Origin: Spirulina subsalsa PCC 9445
GTDB lineage: Bacteria; Cyanobacteriota; Cyanobacteriia; Cyanobacteriales; Spirulinaceae
Length of the DNA stretch: 64,000 bases
Reading direction: 5' to 3'
NCBI RefSeq assembly: GCF_000314005.1
Contig: NZ_JH980292.1
Coordinates: forward strand, 796,530 to 860,529
The notes under the pieces are model-generated. The model worked only from the letters and a program-made list of their open reading frames with translations. It did no database searches and was not told the origin of the DNA. Below, piece by piece: positions 17,235 through 26,828 of this stretch; position 1 is the stretch's first letter, and each line of letters begins with the position of its first letter. The translations under genes and the position numbers were made by a program.

Positions 17235-19652
17235 TTAACGGAAGTCTGTGAGGACTCCGTAAATGCTCCAAATGGCTAGAGCGCGCAAATAATGACTTGC
17301 CCGGAAGGTGCCAAGGGCGGTAATGGCTTCTGGGGTGCGGAATTGCAGTCCATTCTCATAGACTTGTTTAACCACTTGTTCTGTTAGTTTCATCCCTTCT
17401 TCTTTCATCCCTAAACGGATTAAGTAGGCCGCTAGACCAAAATTAATCCCGGTCCAAACTTCGAGGGGGTGGGTATCGTTAGGATTCAGGGGACTGCCAT
17501 CAGGTCTGACACCGTTGGCGGCTCCGAATTGGCCGTTATGAAATTTTAAGAAACAGGCCTCATAGACCTTTTTGAGGGCGGACTCAGCATATTCTGGGGC
17601 GACGACATGGGGCAAACCGAGGAGTTGGGCGTAAAATTGCCCACACATTTGGTCGGCCATCACCACATCGGAGTTGCTCTCACTATCAAGGCGGAAATAT
17701 TCCCCATTCCAGAGTTTTTCGAGGTAAATCGGGCGAGATTGGTCGAGCCATGTTTGATAGGTGCGGATTTCGTCTTCTAAACAGGTGGGGTAATTGGGGG
17801 GTTCTAAGGCGGGGTTCTGGGGCGGGTTTTGCTGTAAAATTTGGGCAATGGCGATCGCGGCTTCCAAGGCGGCAATCCACAAACCCCCACAGTAAGCACT
17901 CACTCCCCGCAATTGCCAATCATCAAAAGTCTGGTCGGGTGCGCCGGAATTTTCGGGAATGCCATCCCCATCTAAATCAAACCCCTTGAGGTAGTGTAAT
18001 GTCACCGGAATGGCCGCCCAACATTCCCACAAAAAAGCAATATCCGTTTCTCCCGTCAGTCGATAATCTCGATAAACTTGGAGGACAAAATCGGCGGGTA
18101 AATCCTTCCACTGATTGCAGTCTTGATAACTGGTGTAATTGGTTTTTTCCCAAGGATGCTCATTGGGTGCGCCGAGGTCGTGGGGGGTGGCTCCGGTGGC
18201 TTTGCGAATGGCGGGGGCTTGATTATAGCCAATGATGCGGGGGGTATCGTCTCCGGTGGGAATGGCTCTCGCAAAGGCTTCTAACACTGCTTTATCCAAG
18301 CGGGGGAATAACATCAGGGTGGCAAAAGACCCATATAAACGAACATCTAGGCTTTCATACCAGCGATAGTCCATACATTCCAACAGGCCAAACTGTCCCA
18401 CCGGGTCGTTTTCCGTGGCCGCTGTCCAGAGGGTGCCACCATCGACTAAGAGATATAACTCGTTGAACAGCGCCATTTTAAACCAGTCGGGCAGGTCAGT
18501 TCGTTGGAGGATGGGCTGTTGCCAGTTTTGGATTTTCTCTCGCCAGACATCCCCATGCTTTAAGGCCGTGCGGACAACGGTCCAGGCATTATTCCCCGTG
18601 CGGGCGAAAAAGTCGGTATGACGGCGGTAGTAGTTCACTCCCTCGGCAAATTCGGTGACGGGAAAATCCCAAGAGAGGATAAAGGGGATTTTGCGGGTTT
18701 TGCCGGGACGCACTGTAAAGCGAATGGCAAAGGCTCCGGCAATTTGTTCACCGGGGGAGGCGGGGGTTTCGTCTTGTTTATCGGGTAGGGAGCCGTCCAT
18801 GGCGAAATGATCCCAGATTTCGCTACCATCTCCCAAGGGGTTCCAACGGGTATGATAGAAGGCTTCTAGGGTAGGATTGATGATACTGGCGATCGCCATT
18901 TGACCTTCCCCTTCCTGTAATTCCTCATGGGGCCGCACCCGATTAAACAAACACCCCACCCGGTAATTATCTGTAATCCACTGGTTATAATTCCCCATAC
19001 TATCTCCCCATTTGGGTTGATAGTCGTAGACCGGACTCCCATCATCCCGCACGGTAACGGTGGGTTTTTTCACCGCATTGGTAAACCAGCCCACGGTATT
19101 CTGCCAAGTCCATAAAATGCTTAAGGTGATGGGTTTATCGGTGGGATTATGCACCGTCCATTCAAAAATCCCCACCGGATAGCTGGATTCTTGATAGCAA
19201 TTGGGCCAAATGGGGGAAAACTGCTCGCAAATAATCTCACTTTTAAACACCCCTTCATATTTGAACCAACTACGGGGATAGAGGGCGTGATAAGTCCCCT
19301 TTTCGGCCGGATACCAACGCCAACGGGAAAGACTACCATCCTGGGGAGCTTCTGTCCCTAAAGCATAAACTTGGGCTTCTTCTCCTTCGGATTGTTCAAA
19401 AATACTGAACTGACAAGCGGGCAAACTGCGAAAGATATGTTCTCCTCCGTCCAGGTGCCAGAGATTGAAATCCCCGCGATGGGAACGGCCAATACATCCG
19501 GCTCCCAATCCCCCCAAGGGCATCCCATGCCAAGGCCCATCATCTAGGTTACTGGCATAACGCACGGTGTAGGGGTTCTCCCAGCCCAAACCGATGGCGC
19601 GTTGCCACGCACAGGAGGGAATTTCTGGGAGGGGGATTTGAAAGTTCATCAT
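17235..19652 (-). CDS. GH116-family beta-glucosidase (GBA2-type non-lysosomal glucosylceramidase homologue)
   Basis: The N-terminus MPLGGLGAGCIGRSHRGDFNLWHL matches the GBA2 PLGGIGGGTI.RGWRG.F..W.L signature. Length is 805 aa. Confidence 0.7.
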   Translation of the reverse strand: MMNFQIPLPEIPSCAWQRAIGLGWENPYTVRYASNLDDGPWHGMPLGGLGAGCIGRSHRGDFNLWHLDGGEHIFRSLPACQFSIFEQSEGEEAQVYALGTEAPQDGSLSRWRWYPAEKGTYHALYPRSWFKYEGVFKSEIICEQFSPIWPNCYQESSYPVGIFEWTVHNPTDKPITLSILWTWQNTVGWFTNAVKKPTVTVRDDGSPVYDYQPKWGDSMGNYNQWITDNYRVGCLFNRVRPHEELQEGEGQMAIASIINPTLEAFYHTRWNPLGDGSEIWDHFAMDGSLPDKQDETPASPGEQIAGAFAIRFTVRPGKTRKIPFILSWDFPVTEFAEGVNYYRRHTDFFARTGNNAWTVVRTALKHGDVWREKIQNWQQPILQRTDLPDWFKMALFNELYLLVDGGTLWTAATENDPVGQFGLLECMDYRWYESLDVRLYGSFATLMLFPRLDKAVLEAFARAIPTGDDTPRIIGYNQAPAIRKATGATPHDLGAPNEHPWEKTNYTSYQDCNQWKDLPADFVLQVYRDYRLTGETDIAFLWECWAAIPVTLHYLKGFDLDGDGIPENSGAPDQTFDDWQLRGVSAYCGGLWIAALEAAIAIAQILQQNPPQNPALEPPNYPTCLEDEIRTYQTWLDQSRPIYLEKLWNGEYFRLDSESNSDVVMADQMCGQFYAQLLGLPHVVAPEYAESALKKVYEACFLKFHNGQFGAANGVRPDGSPLNPNDTHPLEVWTGINFGLAAYLIRLGMKEEGMKLTEQVVKQVYENGLQFRTPEAITALGTFRASHYLRALAIWSIYGVLTDFR

Positions 19653-20199
19653 GATTAATGGTTCATTTAAACAATTAATAAGTATTTATTCTCAATACTC
19701 AATAGAAACTAAGTATTGATACTCAATGAGTGAGGGAGGAAAGGAAAGAGCAAGACTGAACGAGTCCTGCTGTTTTTGGGACATCTGCGTGATCTTCATC
19801 ACAGGTCTGGCAACTAATCTATCACTGGTTTGCCTTGAGAGCATCACTTTGAGTGTTTATATCTGTCACGAGTTTGTCTTTTTGTTGTCACTGCCCGGAT
19901 GGGTAATTTGACCAATAGTAAAAGAGTGGCAGCCACGGATCGGGTCTTGTGCTGGTGCTTTGAGGTCTTTAATGAGAAATTCTGGAAAAAATTATGAATC
20001 GGGTGTGCTTGCTAGTTTTGGGAATTGTGGGTGGGTTTCTAGGCTTAGATGCTATAGAAACCCAATATCATCGTTTACAAGGATGGGAAAGCCGATTGAG
20101 TGAGCTTTCCCTGATGATGATCTCCTCTGAGGGGGAATGGGATGGTTCGGCACCTGTTGAAGGAAAACCTTGGCTTGCACCTGATCGAGGTGGGCCTGA

Positions 20200-20577
20200 T
20201 TATAGTTTACCCACCGGGACGCGCTGAGGAAGAGAGGTCAGGACAAGATTTTTGAGTTGGGGAAGATGGCGCTGAAACTGGCTGTAGCCATAGACGGCGC
20301 TGAGGTTAACGGAGAGGCACAAAAGCCCTAAACCACTGAGAATAAAGGTAACGGGGGTAACAACTCCGATGGTGAACCAACTGCTGATATGGAGAAAAAT
20401 CAGCAGGGAAACGGTACAAGCGGCGATCGCACATCGAGTGACCATTTTAGGGCGTTGTGTGACTAGCCAGAAGAGGGTACACCCGGTTAGGGTTAGGTCA
20501 AGCGGGATTAAAAAGGCGCAAATCCCCACACAGTAAGTGCGCGAGAGGTCAGCTAAAGTAGAAATAAGTTCGCTCAC
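20200..20577 (-). CDS. Small hypothetical membrane protein (125 aa, 3-4 TM helices, GTG start)
   Basis: Hydrophobic ORF with AGGAA upstream of the GTG. No family recognised. Confidence 0.3.
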   Translation of the reverse strand: MSELISTLADLSRTYCVGICAFLIPLDLTLTGCTLFWLVTQRPKMVTRCAIAACTVSLLIFLHISSWFTIGVVTPVTFILSGLGLLCLSVNLSAVYGYSQFQRHLPQLKNLVLTSLPQRVPVGKL

Positions 20578-20599
20578 AAATGATTCCTAGTTGTTTGAC

Positions 20600-20635
20600 G
20601 ACATTGACACTCCCGTCGCTAAAAGCGAGGGATTC
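20600..20635. repeat. Copy 2 of the 36-nt motif GACATTGACACTCCCGTCGCTAAAAGCGAGGGATTC
   Basis: Same orientation and about 85% identity to 12206-12241. Confidence 0.5.
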
Positions 20636-20883
20636 TTGGTTCACCGAGTTTCCTTAACTTGACAGGACGTATCCAACCAAGCCAGAGGGAATCTCTCCCC
20701 AAGCGTATTAGTTTCCGTGTGTCCCACGGTACTTAGTCCTCATGGTATAATGTGAAAACAAAAAACAACCCCGTGATTGTCGCAAGGTGAGACAACGATA
20801 TCCCGAAAGGCATTCAGGAGTAAGCAGACAGCGAGAAGAGTTGGTCAAGTGCATGGCACTCTGTTTAATCCAATCTCGTGGGT

Positions 20884-21324
20884 TCAACGATTCCCCATAA
20901 TCTGTAATAATAATTCCCGAGGACGAGGGCCGTCTAATTCCACAAATAACACCGACTGCCACTGACCGAGGGCAAGTTTTCCATTAATCACCGGAATGGT
21001 TTCGCTGCTACTGAGAGTCATGGCCATCAGGTGAGAATGGGCGTTTTCGGGTTCCTCGGGGGGAACATCCCGCAAGTGGAGATCATTGTGTAGATAGGCC
21101 TCATCGAGGGGAGCCAGTTTCGTGAGATAGGTTTTCAAGTCTGCCCAGAGGCGTTCCTCATTTTCATTAATGGCGATCGCCGTAGTGGTGTGTTGGGAAA
21201 AAACCACAATATGCCCCTGATGAATACCGGAATGGGCTAATTTGTCCTTAATGTCTGAGGTGACATCATAGACCTGAATTCCCGCATCCGTTTGAATATC
21301 TAGAGTGGTGTTAACGATGTGCAT
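20884..21324 (-). CDS. YjbQ/UPF0047-family protein (secondary thiamine-phosphate synthase enzyme family)
   Basis: 146 aa. The pattern HTTTAIAINENE...NAHSHL...GQWQSV...ELDG mirrors E. coli YjbQ. Confidence 0.7.
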   Translation of the reverse strand: MHIVNTTLDIQTDAGIQVYDVTSDIKDKLAHSGIHQGHIVVFSQHTTTAIAINENEERLWADLKTYLTKLAPLDEAYLHNDLHLRDVPPEEPENAHSHLMAMTLSSSETIPVINGKLALGQWQSVLFVELDGPRPRELLLQIMGNR

Positions 21325-21604
21325 TAAGTTCCGATTCCTTCACGGCTTTGTGTTTGTTTGACAGTCATAGCGTATACTCTGTTAGCCCTTGAGTCTTAAG
21401 GCGATTGTATCGCGCCCTGGGTAGAGAACGGTATTTTGGGGTCAGGGATCTTGCTATCTATCCCCTCCCTCGCGAAGAGAGGGAGGGAATGGATAGCAAC
21501 ATTTTTGTTAAATTGACGACATTTGCCGAAAAACGATTGATTTAAAATCAGGTGCTGCATTCTCCCCGCCCACCCTCCAATTCTCTATAGGCAGCGATTC
21601 AACC

Positions 21605-22777
21605 ATGACTAAAAACAAGCCCTTTCGGTTCTCCCGTCGTCAAGTGTTACGCGGTTTACTAGCAACGACGGCCTTTGGTGTTACGGCCAAACTGGGAACA
21701 GGTTGTACACCCCAAGGCCCTCGTGGTGGGGCCAGCGGGGATGATTTGGTGATTGGCTTTATTTATGTCGGACCGAGGGATGATTTTGGCTACAATCAAG
21801 CCCATGCAGAAGGGGCAGCGGCGATCGCACAATTACCCGGCATTAAAATAGTCGAACAGGCCAGCGTCCCGGAAACCACAGAAGTAGAAGAAGCCATGCG
21901 CAGTATGATTGAACTAGACGGCGCAAAGGCGATTTTTCCCACCTCTTTCGGCTATTTTGACCCCCACATCCTGAAGATTGCCGAAGAGTTCCCCGAGGTG
22001 CAATTCTTCCACGCAGGAGGCCTGTATAAGGAAGGAGAAACCCCCCGCAATGTGGGGAGTTATTTTGGCTATATTGACGAAGCCCAATATATCGCCGGGA
22101 TAGTGGCTGCTTACACCAGCCAAACGGGAAGACTCGGCTTTGTGGGGGCTAAACCCATCCCCCAACTCCTGCGTAACGTCAACAGCTTTACCCTAGGCGC
22201 TCGTACCGTTCAACCGGAGATTACCACCCGCTTGATTTTAACTGGAGATTGGTCGTTACCCGTGAAGGAAGCCGAAGCGGTGAACAGTATGGTAGATCAG
22301 GGCATTGATGTTATTACCTGTCATGTAGACAGCCCGAAAATTGTCATTGAAACCGCCGAACGACGGGGGGTGTACTCATCTGGATACCATGCCAATCAAG
22401 CCGCTCTCGCTCCCCGAGGCTTCCTCACGGGGGCGGAGTGGGACTGGACAACGGTTTACACCCAATACGCCCAACAACTCCAAGCGGGCAAAACCTTGAT
22501 GAATGGGGAGATTCCCCATATTGTCCGGGGGGGATTAGAGGCGGGATTCTGGAAACTCTCTCCCTTTGGTCCGGCCGTCAGTGATGAGGCGAAACAAGCG
22601 GCAGAGGCGGTTAAGGCGGAATTTGCCCAAGGGTCTAAGCGCATTTATCAAGGGCCTTTACGCAATAATCAAGGGCAGGAAATCCTTGCGGCCGGACAGT
22701 CCTATGAGCAAACGGCCGTAGAGTTGGAAACCATGAATTGGTTGGTGGAAGGGGTAGATGGTCGATTAGAAAGTTAG
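21605..22777 (+). CDS. BMP-family (PnrA/Med-like) ABC transporter substrate-binding protein with a Tat-type signal peptide
   Basis: N-terminal SRRQVLRG followed by a hydrophobic stretch and a Cys. The mature region resembles the BMP nucleoside-binding fold. Confidence 0.6.
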   Translation: MTKNKPFRFSRRQVLRGLLATTAFGVTAKLGTGCTPQGPRGGASGDDLVIGFIYVGPRDDFGYNQAHAEGAAAIAQLPGIKIVEQASVPETTEVEEAMRSMIELDGAKAIFPTSFGYFDPHILKIAEEFPEVQFFHAGGLYKEGETPRNVGSYFGYIDEAQYIAGIVAAYTSQTGRLGFVGAKPIPQLLRNVNSFTLGARTVQPEITTRLILTGDWSLPVKEAEAVNSMVDQGIDVITCHVDSPKIVIETAERRGVYSSGYHANQAALAPRGFLTGAEWDWTTVYTQYAQQLQAGKTLMNGEIPHIVRGGLEAGFWKLSPFGPAVSDEAKQAAEAVKAEFAQGSKRIYQGPLRNNQGQEILAAGQSYEQTAVELETMNWLVEGVDGRLES

Positions 22778-22817
22778 TGATCACAGGGAATAGGCAAGAG
22801 GCAAAAGGTAATAATTA

Positions 22818-22999
22818 GGGCTTGCTGAATAAGTCCGAGAGTTGGGGAATCGGGAGTCGGGAGTCGGGAGTCGGGAGTCGGGAGTCGGGAGTCGGGAGTC
22901 GGGAATAGGCAATCGTGCCAGTTTTAGATGATCTGTTCCCTGTTAAGAGTTCCCTGTTCCCTTGTTGAGCCTAGCATAGGCGTGTTATTCAGCAGACCC
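22818..22999. mobile_element. MITE-like element, copy 2 (182 bp, inverted relative to copy 1). It has the same TIRs, a longer (CGGGAGT)x7.5 array, and TAATTA on both flanks.
   Basis: Aligned by eye to the reverse complement of 12261-12420. The TAATTA flanking direct repeat was read directly. Confidence 0.7.
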
Positions 23000-23072
23000 T
23001 AATTATCAATTATCAATTCCCCCTCTCCCTGTTCCCTATTTCCTAGCCCACTGACTGGTATTAAACCATCAA

Positions 23073-24419
23073 TTACTCCCCTTTTTTGAGAGGTAAACGC
23101 AGGGTGAATAGACTCCCTTGATCTACATGGCTTTGGACTTGGATAGACCCTTGATGACTGTGGGCGATCGCCTGAGCAATGGCTAACCCTAAACCTGCAC
23201 CGCCTGTATGTCGCGCCCGGTCTTGAGCTACTCGATAGAAACGCCCAAAAATTTTCGACTGTTCCCCAAGGGGGATCCCAATGCCTGTATCCTGTACCGT
23301 AATCACCGCCTCCTGTTCGCTACGGGCTAAAGTGACTGTGATCATGCCTCCTGGGGGGGTGTAGTGGATGGCATTAGTCAAAAGATTCGCCAAGAGACGA
23401 TAAAGCTGTTCTTCATTGCCCAACATCTTGAGGATTTCAGAGGGATAATAGGCTGTTAAGGTCAGATCGGCTGCGATCGCCAACGCAGAAAATTCCTCCA
23501 GCAAATCCTCCATCAACACATTTAAACAGCAGGACTCCCGAGCCGGAGTTTGATTTAAGTCCAGTCGCGATAGTAATAGTAGATCCTGAACCAGATGGGT
23601 CAGACGGTTATTTTGCCGTTCAATCACCCGCAACGTTTGGCGCACATCCGACTCTGAAAGTTTGGGTTCATCGAGGGTAAATTCTACCGTCGAACGAATA
23701 GCCGCGAGGGGCGTGCGTAACTCATGGGCAGCATCGGCGGTGAACTGTTGGATCTGCCGATAGGCTTGGTAGGCGGGACGCATCGCTAAACCCGATAACC
23801 ACCAACTCGAACCCACCACCAAAATCATCGTCGTCGGTAAAATCACCATTAATTGCCACCGCAATCTGGTTAAATGGGCTTCATATTCAGAGAGCGATCG
23901 CCCCACTTGGATATAGCCCCAAGATTGGTGATTTTGGGTTTTAAGAAATAACGAAATTTCTCGATAACGTTCCCCCTGTGCATCTTGCAGCGTTTGCCAA
24001 GGGGTATGGTCCGGGGGCATAGTCGCCCGGAGATTCTCTGGTATAGATCCTGCGATCGCCAAAACACGACCCCCAGGATCCACGAAACGCACATAGTAAT
24101 CCTCCTGCTGAATCACCCCTGCAATATGGCGTTCCCCCGACGACTCAGGCGGACACACTCGACCATTCACACAAACTACACCGGGGAGAAAATAGCCCAC
24201 AATCGGTTCAACCTGACCCACCTCTTTCAAAGCAGGCTCAATTCCATCATGAAGTGTTCCCGCAACTGTCGCTAATTTAAGATTTAGAGACTGCCATTGA
24301 TCACGGGCAATTAATTCATAAACACTCACCCCGCAAACGAGCAAAATTAACCCCATTGTGGCTGCATATAACCCAGCCCAACGCTTACGAGTGGTCAAAA
24401 ATGCCGAATTATCATTCAT
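23073..24419 (-). CDS. Sensor histidine kinase (two TM helices, periplasmic domain, HisKA, HATPase). CopS/CusS-like by context.
   Basis: H-box AAHELRTPLAAIRS. N/G-box GGAGLGLAIAQAIA. Overlaps the upstream OmpR-type response regulator by 8 bp. Confidence 0.85.
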   Translation of the reverse strand: MNDNSAFLTTRKRWAGLYAATMGLILLVCGVSVYELIARDQWQSLNLKLATVAGTLHDGIEPALKEVGQVEPIVGYFLPGVVCVNGRVCPPESSGERHIAGVIQQEDYYVRFVDPGGRVLAIAGSIPENLRATMPPDHTPWQTLQDAQGERYREISLFLKTQNHQSWGYIQVGRSLSEYEAHLTRLRWQLMVILPTTMILVVGSSWWLSGLAMRPAYQAYRQIQQFTADAAHELRTPLAAIRSTVEFTLDEPKLSESDVRQTLRVIERQNNRLTHLVQDLLLLSRLDLNQTPARESCCLNVLMEDLLEEFSALAIAADLTLTAYYPSEILKMLGNEEQLYRLLANLLTNAIHYTPPGGMITVTLARSEQEAVITVQDTGIGIPLGEQSKIFGRFYRVAQDRARHTGGAGLGLAIAQAIAHSHQGSIQVQSHVDQGSLFTLRLPLKKGE

Positions 24420-25113
24420 AGTCCGTCGCGCAATTCAGACGATAGCCGATGCCATGCACCGTTTCAATCAAGCCCTCACAACCTGCATCCAACAATTTAC
24501 GCCGCAGAAGTCGGATCTGAGCCGGAACGACATTACTCATCGGCGTTGCGTCCATTGCCCACACCTGATTCATGATCTGATCACGGCTCAAAATTTGACT
24601 GGGATGCTGCATAAAATATTCTAAAAGTTGGAATTCCTTGGTGGTCAATGTTAAGGCTTTGGCTTGGGGAGGGTGATGAATTGTAATGGTAAAGGTTCTG
24701 TAATCAAGGGTGAGTTTGCCAACCGTTAATTGGCTAGGTTGTAGATGGGGCGAGCGCCGTTGTAATGCCCGAATTCTGGCTAACAATTCCGCATTACTAA
24801 AGGGTTTGACGAGATAATCATCTGCCCCGGCATCTAAACCCTTTACCCGATCTTCAATGCGGTCTTTAGCGGTCAACATGAGGACGGGTAATGTCTTTTG
24901 GGTGGCTCTTAATTTTTGACAAAGTTCTAAACCGGATAAACGGGGTAATAACCAATCAAAAACCCCCACAGTGTATTGTGTCCAAGGCTGTTGTAAACAC
25001 TCCCAAGCTGTTGCGCCATCCATGACCCAATCGACAATATATTTTTCCCGTAACAGGGTTCGTTCAATGATTGCGCCTAAATCGGGTTCATCTTCGACTA
25101 ATAAAATTCGCAT
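24412..25113 (-). CDS. OmpR-family response regulator. CopR/CusR-like by context.
   Basis: REC domain (MRILLVEDEPDL, D...LPRLSGLELC, KDRIEDRV) plus a winged-helix C-terminus (GIGYRL). Confidence 0.85.
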   Translation of the reverse strand: MRILLVEDEPDLGAIIERTLLREKYIVDWVMDGATAWECLQQPWTQYTVGVFDWLLPRLSGLELCQKLRATQKTLPVLMLTAKDRIEDRVKGLDAGADDYLVKPFSNAELLARIRALQRRSPHLQPSQLTVGKLTLDYRTFTITIHHPPQAKALTLTTKEFQLLEYFMQHPSQILSRDQIMNQVWAMDATPMSNVVPAQIRLLRRKLLDAGCEGLIETVHGIGYRLNCATDYE

Positions 25114-25197
25114 CGCTGGTTTGATTTCATTCTGATTTCATAATTGACTGATATCATCCCCAACAACAGTGTAAATCATCCTTAAGGCACAACTCCC

Positions 25198-26799
25198 ATG
25201 CGTTCCAGTCCTTCCGTTTCCCGACTTTTGACTGGCTCTCTGCTCGGCCTCATGGTGCTGTCACTCCCTACCCTGGGGGTCGCTCATGTTGGTCATGATC
25301 ATGGGGCAGAGTTTCAGTCAGGCACGAGTCAGCCCGCTAGTGGTGTTCGAGTTGATAATGTAACAGCAGAACGGCTGGGTATTCAAATGGAACCTGTGGG
25401 GAGGCGATCGCTCAATGTCGGGATTCGGACGACGGGGGAAGTGGTCACTCAGCCGGATCAAATGGTGATGGTCAATGCGCCGATCAATGGCACAGTGATG
25501 GAACTATTGGTACAGCCCGGGGATCGGGTGCGCAAAGGACAGGCACTGGCTCGGATCATTGCTCCAGAATTGATTGAACTGCGGGTATCGTCCCAGAGTA
25601 ATCGGGTTGGGGTAGAGGCAGAGCTACGAGCAGCGCAGGCCAATCTCACCTTAGCACGGCGTAACTACGAGCGACAGGTGGCAATGGCAGAGGCAGAAAT
25701 CACGGCGGCTCAACAGCAGATGAACCAAGCGCAGGAACGGTTTCGGCAAGACCAGTTTCTCGCTGAGGCAGGGGCGATCGCCCGTCAACAACTCTTAGAC
25801 TCTGAATCCCACTTAGCGACAATCCGTAGCCAACTCACCCGCGCAGAAAGTCGTCAGGCGGTACTAGAAGCCCAGGCCGAGTTAGAGCGATCGCAAGTCG
25901 CCGTCGAAGCGGCCCAATCCCGTCTCCAACTGAGTTCCGCCACCTATCAAGCGCGTTTACAACAACTCAACAGTACCGCCACAGAGCAGGGATTAGTGAC
26001 CATCTCCGCCCCCATTGCTGGACAGGTGGCTGAACGTCCCGTTACCCTCGGAGAGGCCGTCGAAGCCGCCACTACGCCGATTGTTAGCATTGTGAATGGC
26101 GATCGCCTGCGCATTACCGCCAACGTCCATGAAAAAGACCTCGCCCAAGTGGTCAAAGGGCAGTCGGTGCGGGCGAGAGTGAACAGCCTACCTGACCGCA
26201 TCTTTACCGGACGGGTCGTAACCATAGGCGCAAAGGTCGATGGTGAAACCCGGGTCATTCCCGTGACCGCCGAATTAGAGAATGCTGCGCCCTTAAAACC
26301 GGGTATGTTTGCCGAACTGGAAATTTTAACCGCTCGTACCCCTGAGAGGGTGCTGACTATTCCCGCCAGTGCCTTGGTGGATGCTGACGGTCGCCATCTG
26401 GTATTTGTCCAAAATGGCAGCGCCTTTGAGCCAGTGGAAATTAACATCGGTCGTCGTGACGGAAACCAAGTCGAAATTGAGAGCGGTTTATTTGAAGGCG
26501 ATTATGTGGTGGTGCAAGGGGCCTTGCAACTCTACGCTCAGTCCTTGCTGGGTGGCGGTAAGACACAACCCTCCGCAGAAGCAGAACTTGATGCCCCTGA
26601 AAATGCCCCATCCGTTCCCAATTGGGGCTGGGGTTTAGGGGGGTTGGCGATCGCCCTCATTGCCTTCTCCCTCGGTCGTCGTTCCCGTCCTGAAGTGATG
26701 GGACTGAATCACTACCCCCTTGATCCCGCGCCGGATCTCGCCCTCACCACCAGCCACCACGAGGCCATCCCGACCGAAGTCGATTACAACCGCTCCTAA
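25198..26799 (+). CDS. RND efflux periplasmic adaptor (HlyD/CusB/CzcB family) with a His-rich N-terminus and an unusual C-terminal hydrophobic segment
   Basis: Signal peptide, HVGHDHGAEF, a long coiled-coil, beta-barrel and MP domains, and C-terminal GLGGLAIALIAFSLG. Confidence 0.75.
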   Translation: MRSSPSVSRLLTGSLLGLMVLSLPTLGVAHVGHDHGAEFQSGTSQPASGVRVDNVTAERLGIQMEPVGRRSLNVGIRTTGEVVTQPDQMVMVNAPINGTVMELLVQPGDRVRKGQALARIIAPELIELRVSSQSNRVGVEAELRAAQANLTLARRNYERQVAMAEAEITAAQQQMNQAQERFRQDQFLAEAGAIARQQLLDSESHLATIRSQLTRAESRQAVLEAQAELERSQVAVEAAQSRLQLSSATYQARLQQLNSTATEQGLVTISAPIAGQVAERPVTLGEAVEAATTPIVSIVNGDRLRITANVHEKDLAQVVKGQSVRARVNSLPDRIFTGRVVTIGAKVDGETRVIPVTAELENAAPLKPGMFAELEILTARTPERVLTIPASALVDADGRHLVFVQNGSAFEPVEINIGRRDGNQVEIESGLFEGDYVVVQGALQLYAQSLLGGGKTQPSAEAELDAPENAPSVPNWGWGLGGLAIALIAFSLGRRSRPEVMGLNHYPLDPAPDLALTTSHHEAIPTEVDYNRS

Positions 26800-26828
26800 A
26801 CCCCCTTCGATCTCGTTCACTGCTGCCC

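Noticed and set aside
20741-20883. Extended -10 promoter (TGGTATAAT at 20742-20750) driving a short plus-strand sRNA toward yjbQ
   Set aside because: The same sequence read on the minus strand is the yjbQ terminator region, a weak stem followed by TTGTTTTTTGTTTTC. No terminator exists for a plus-strand transcript, so the evidence for an sRNA is insufficient.
20862-20885. tRNA-like T-arm (GTGGGTTCAACGATTCCCC)
   Set aside because: The stems do not pair (GTGGG versus ATTCC). No acceptor or anticodon arms could be built around it.
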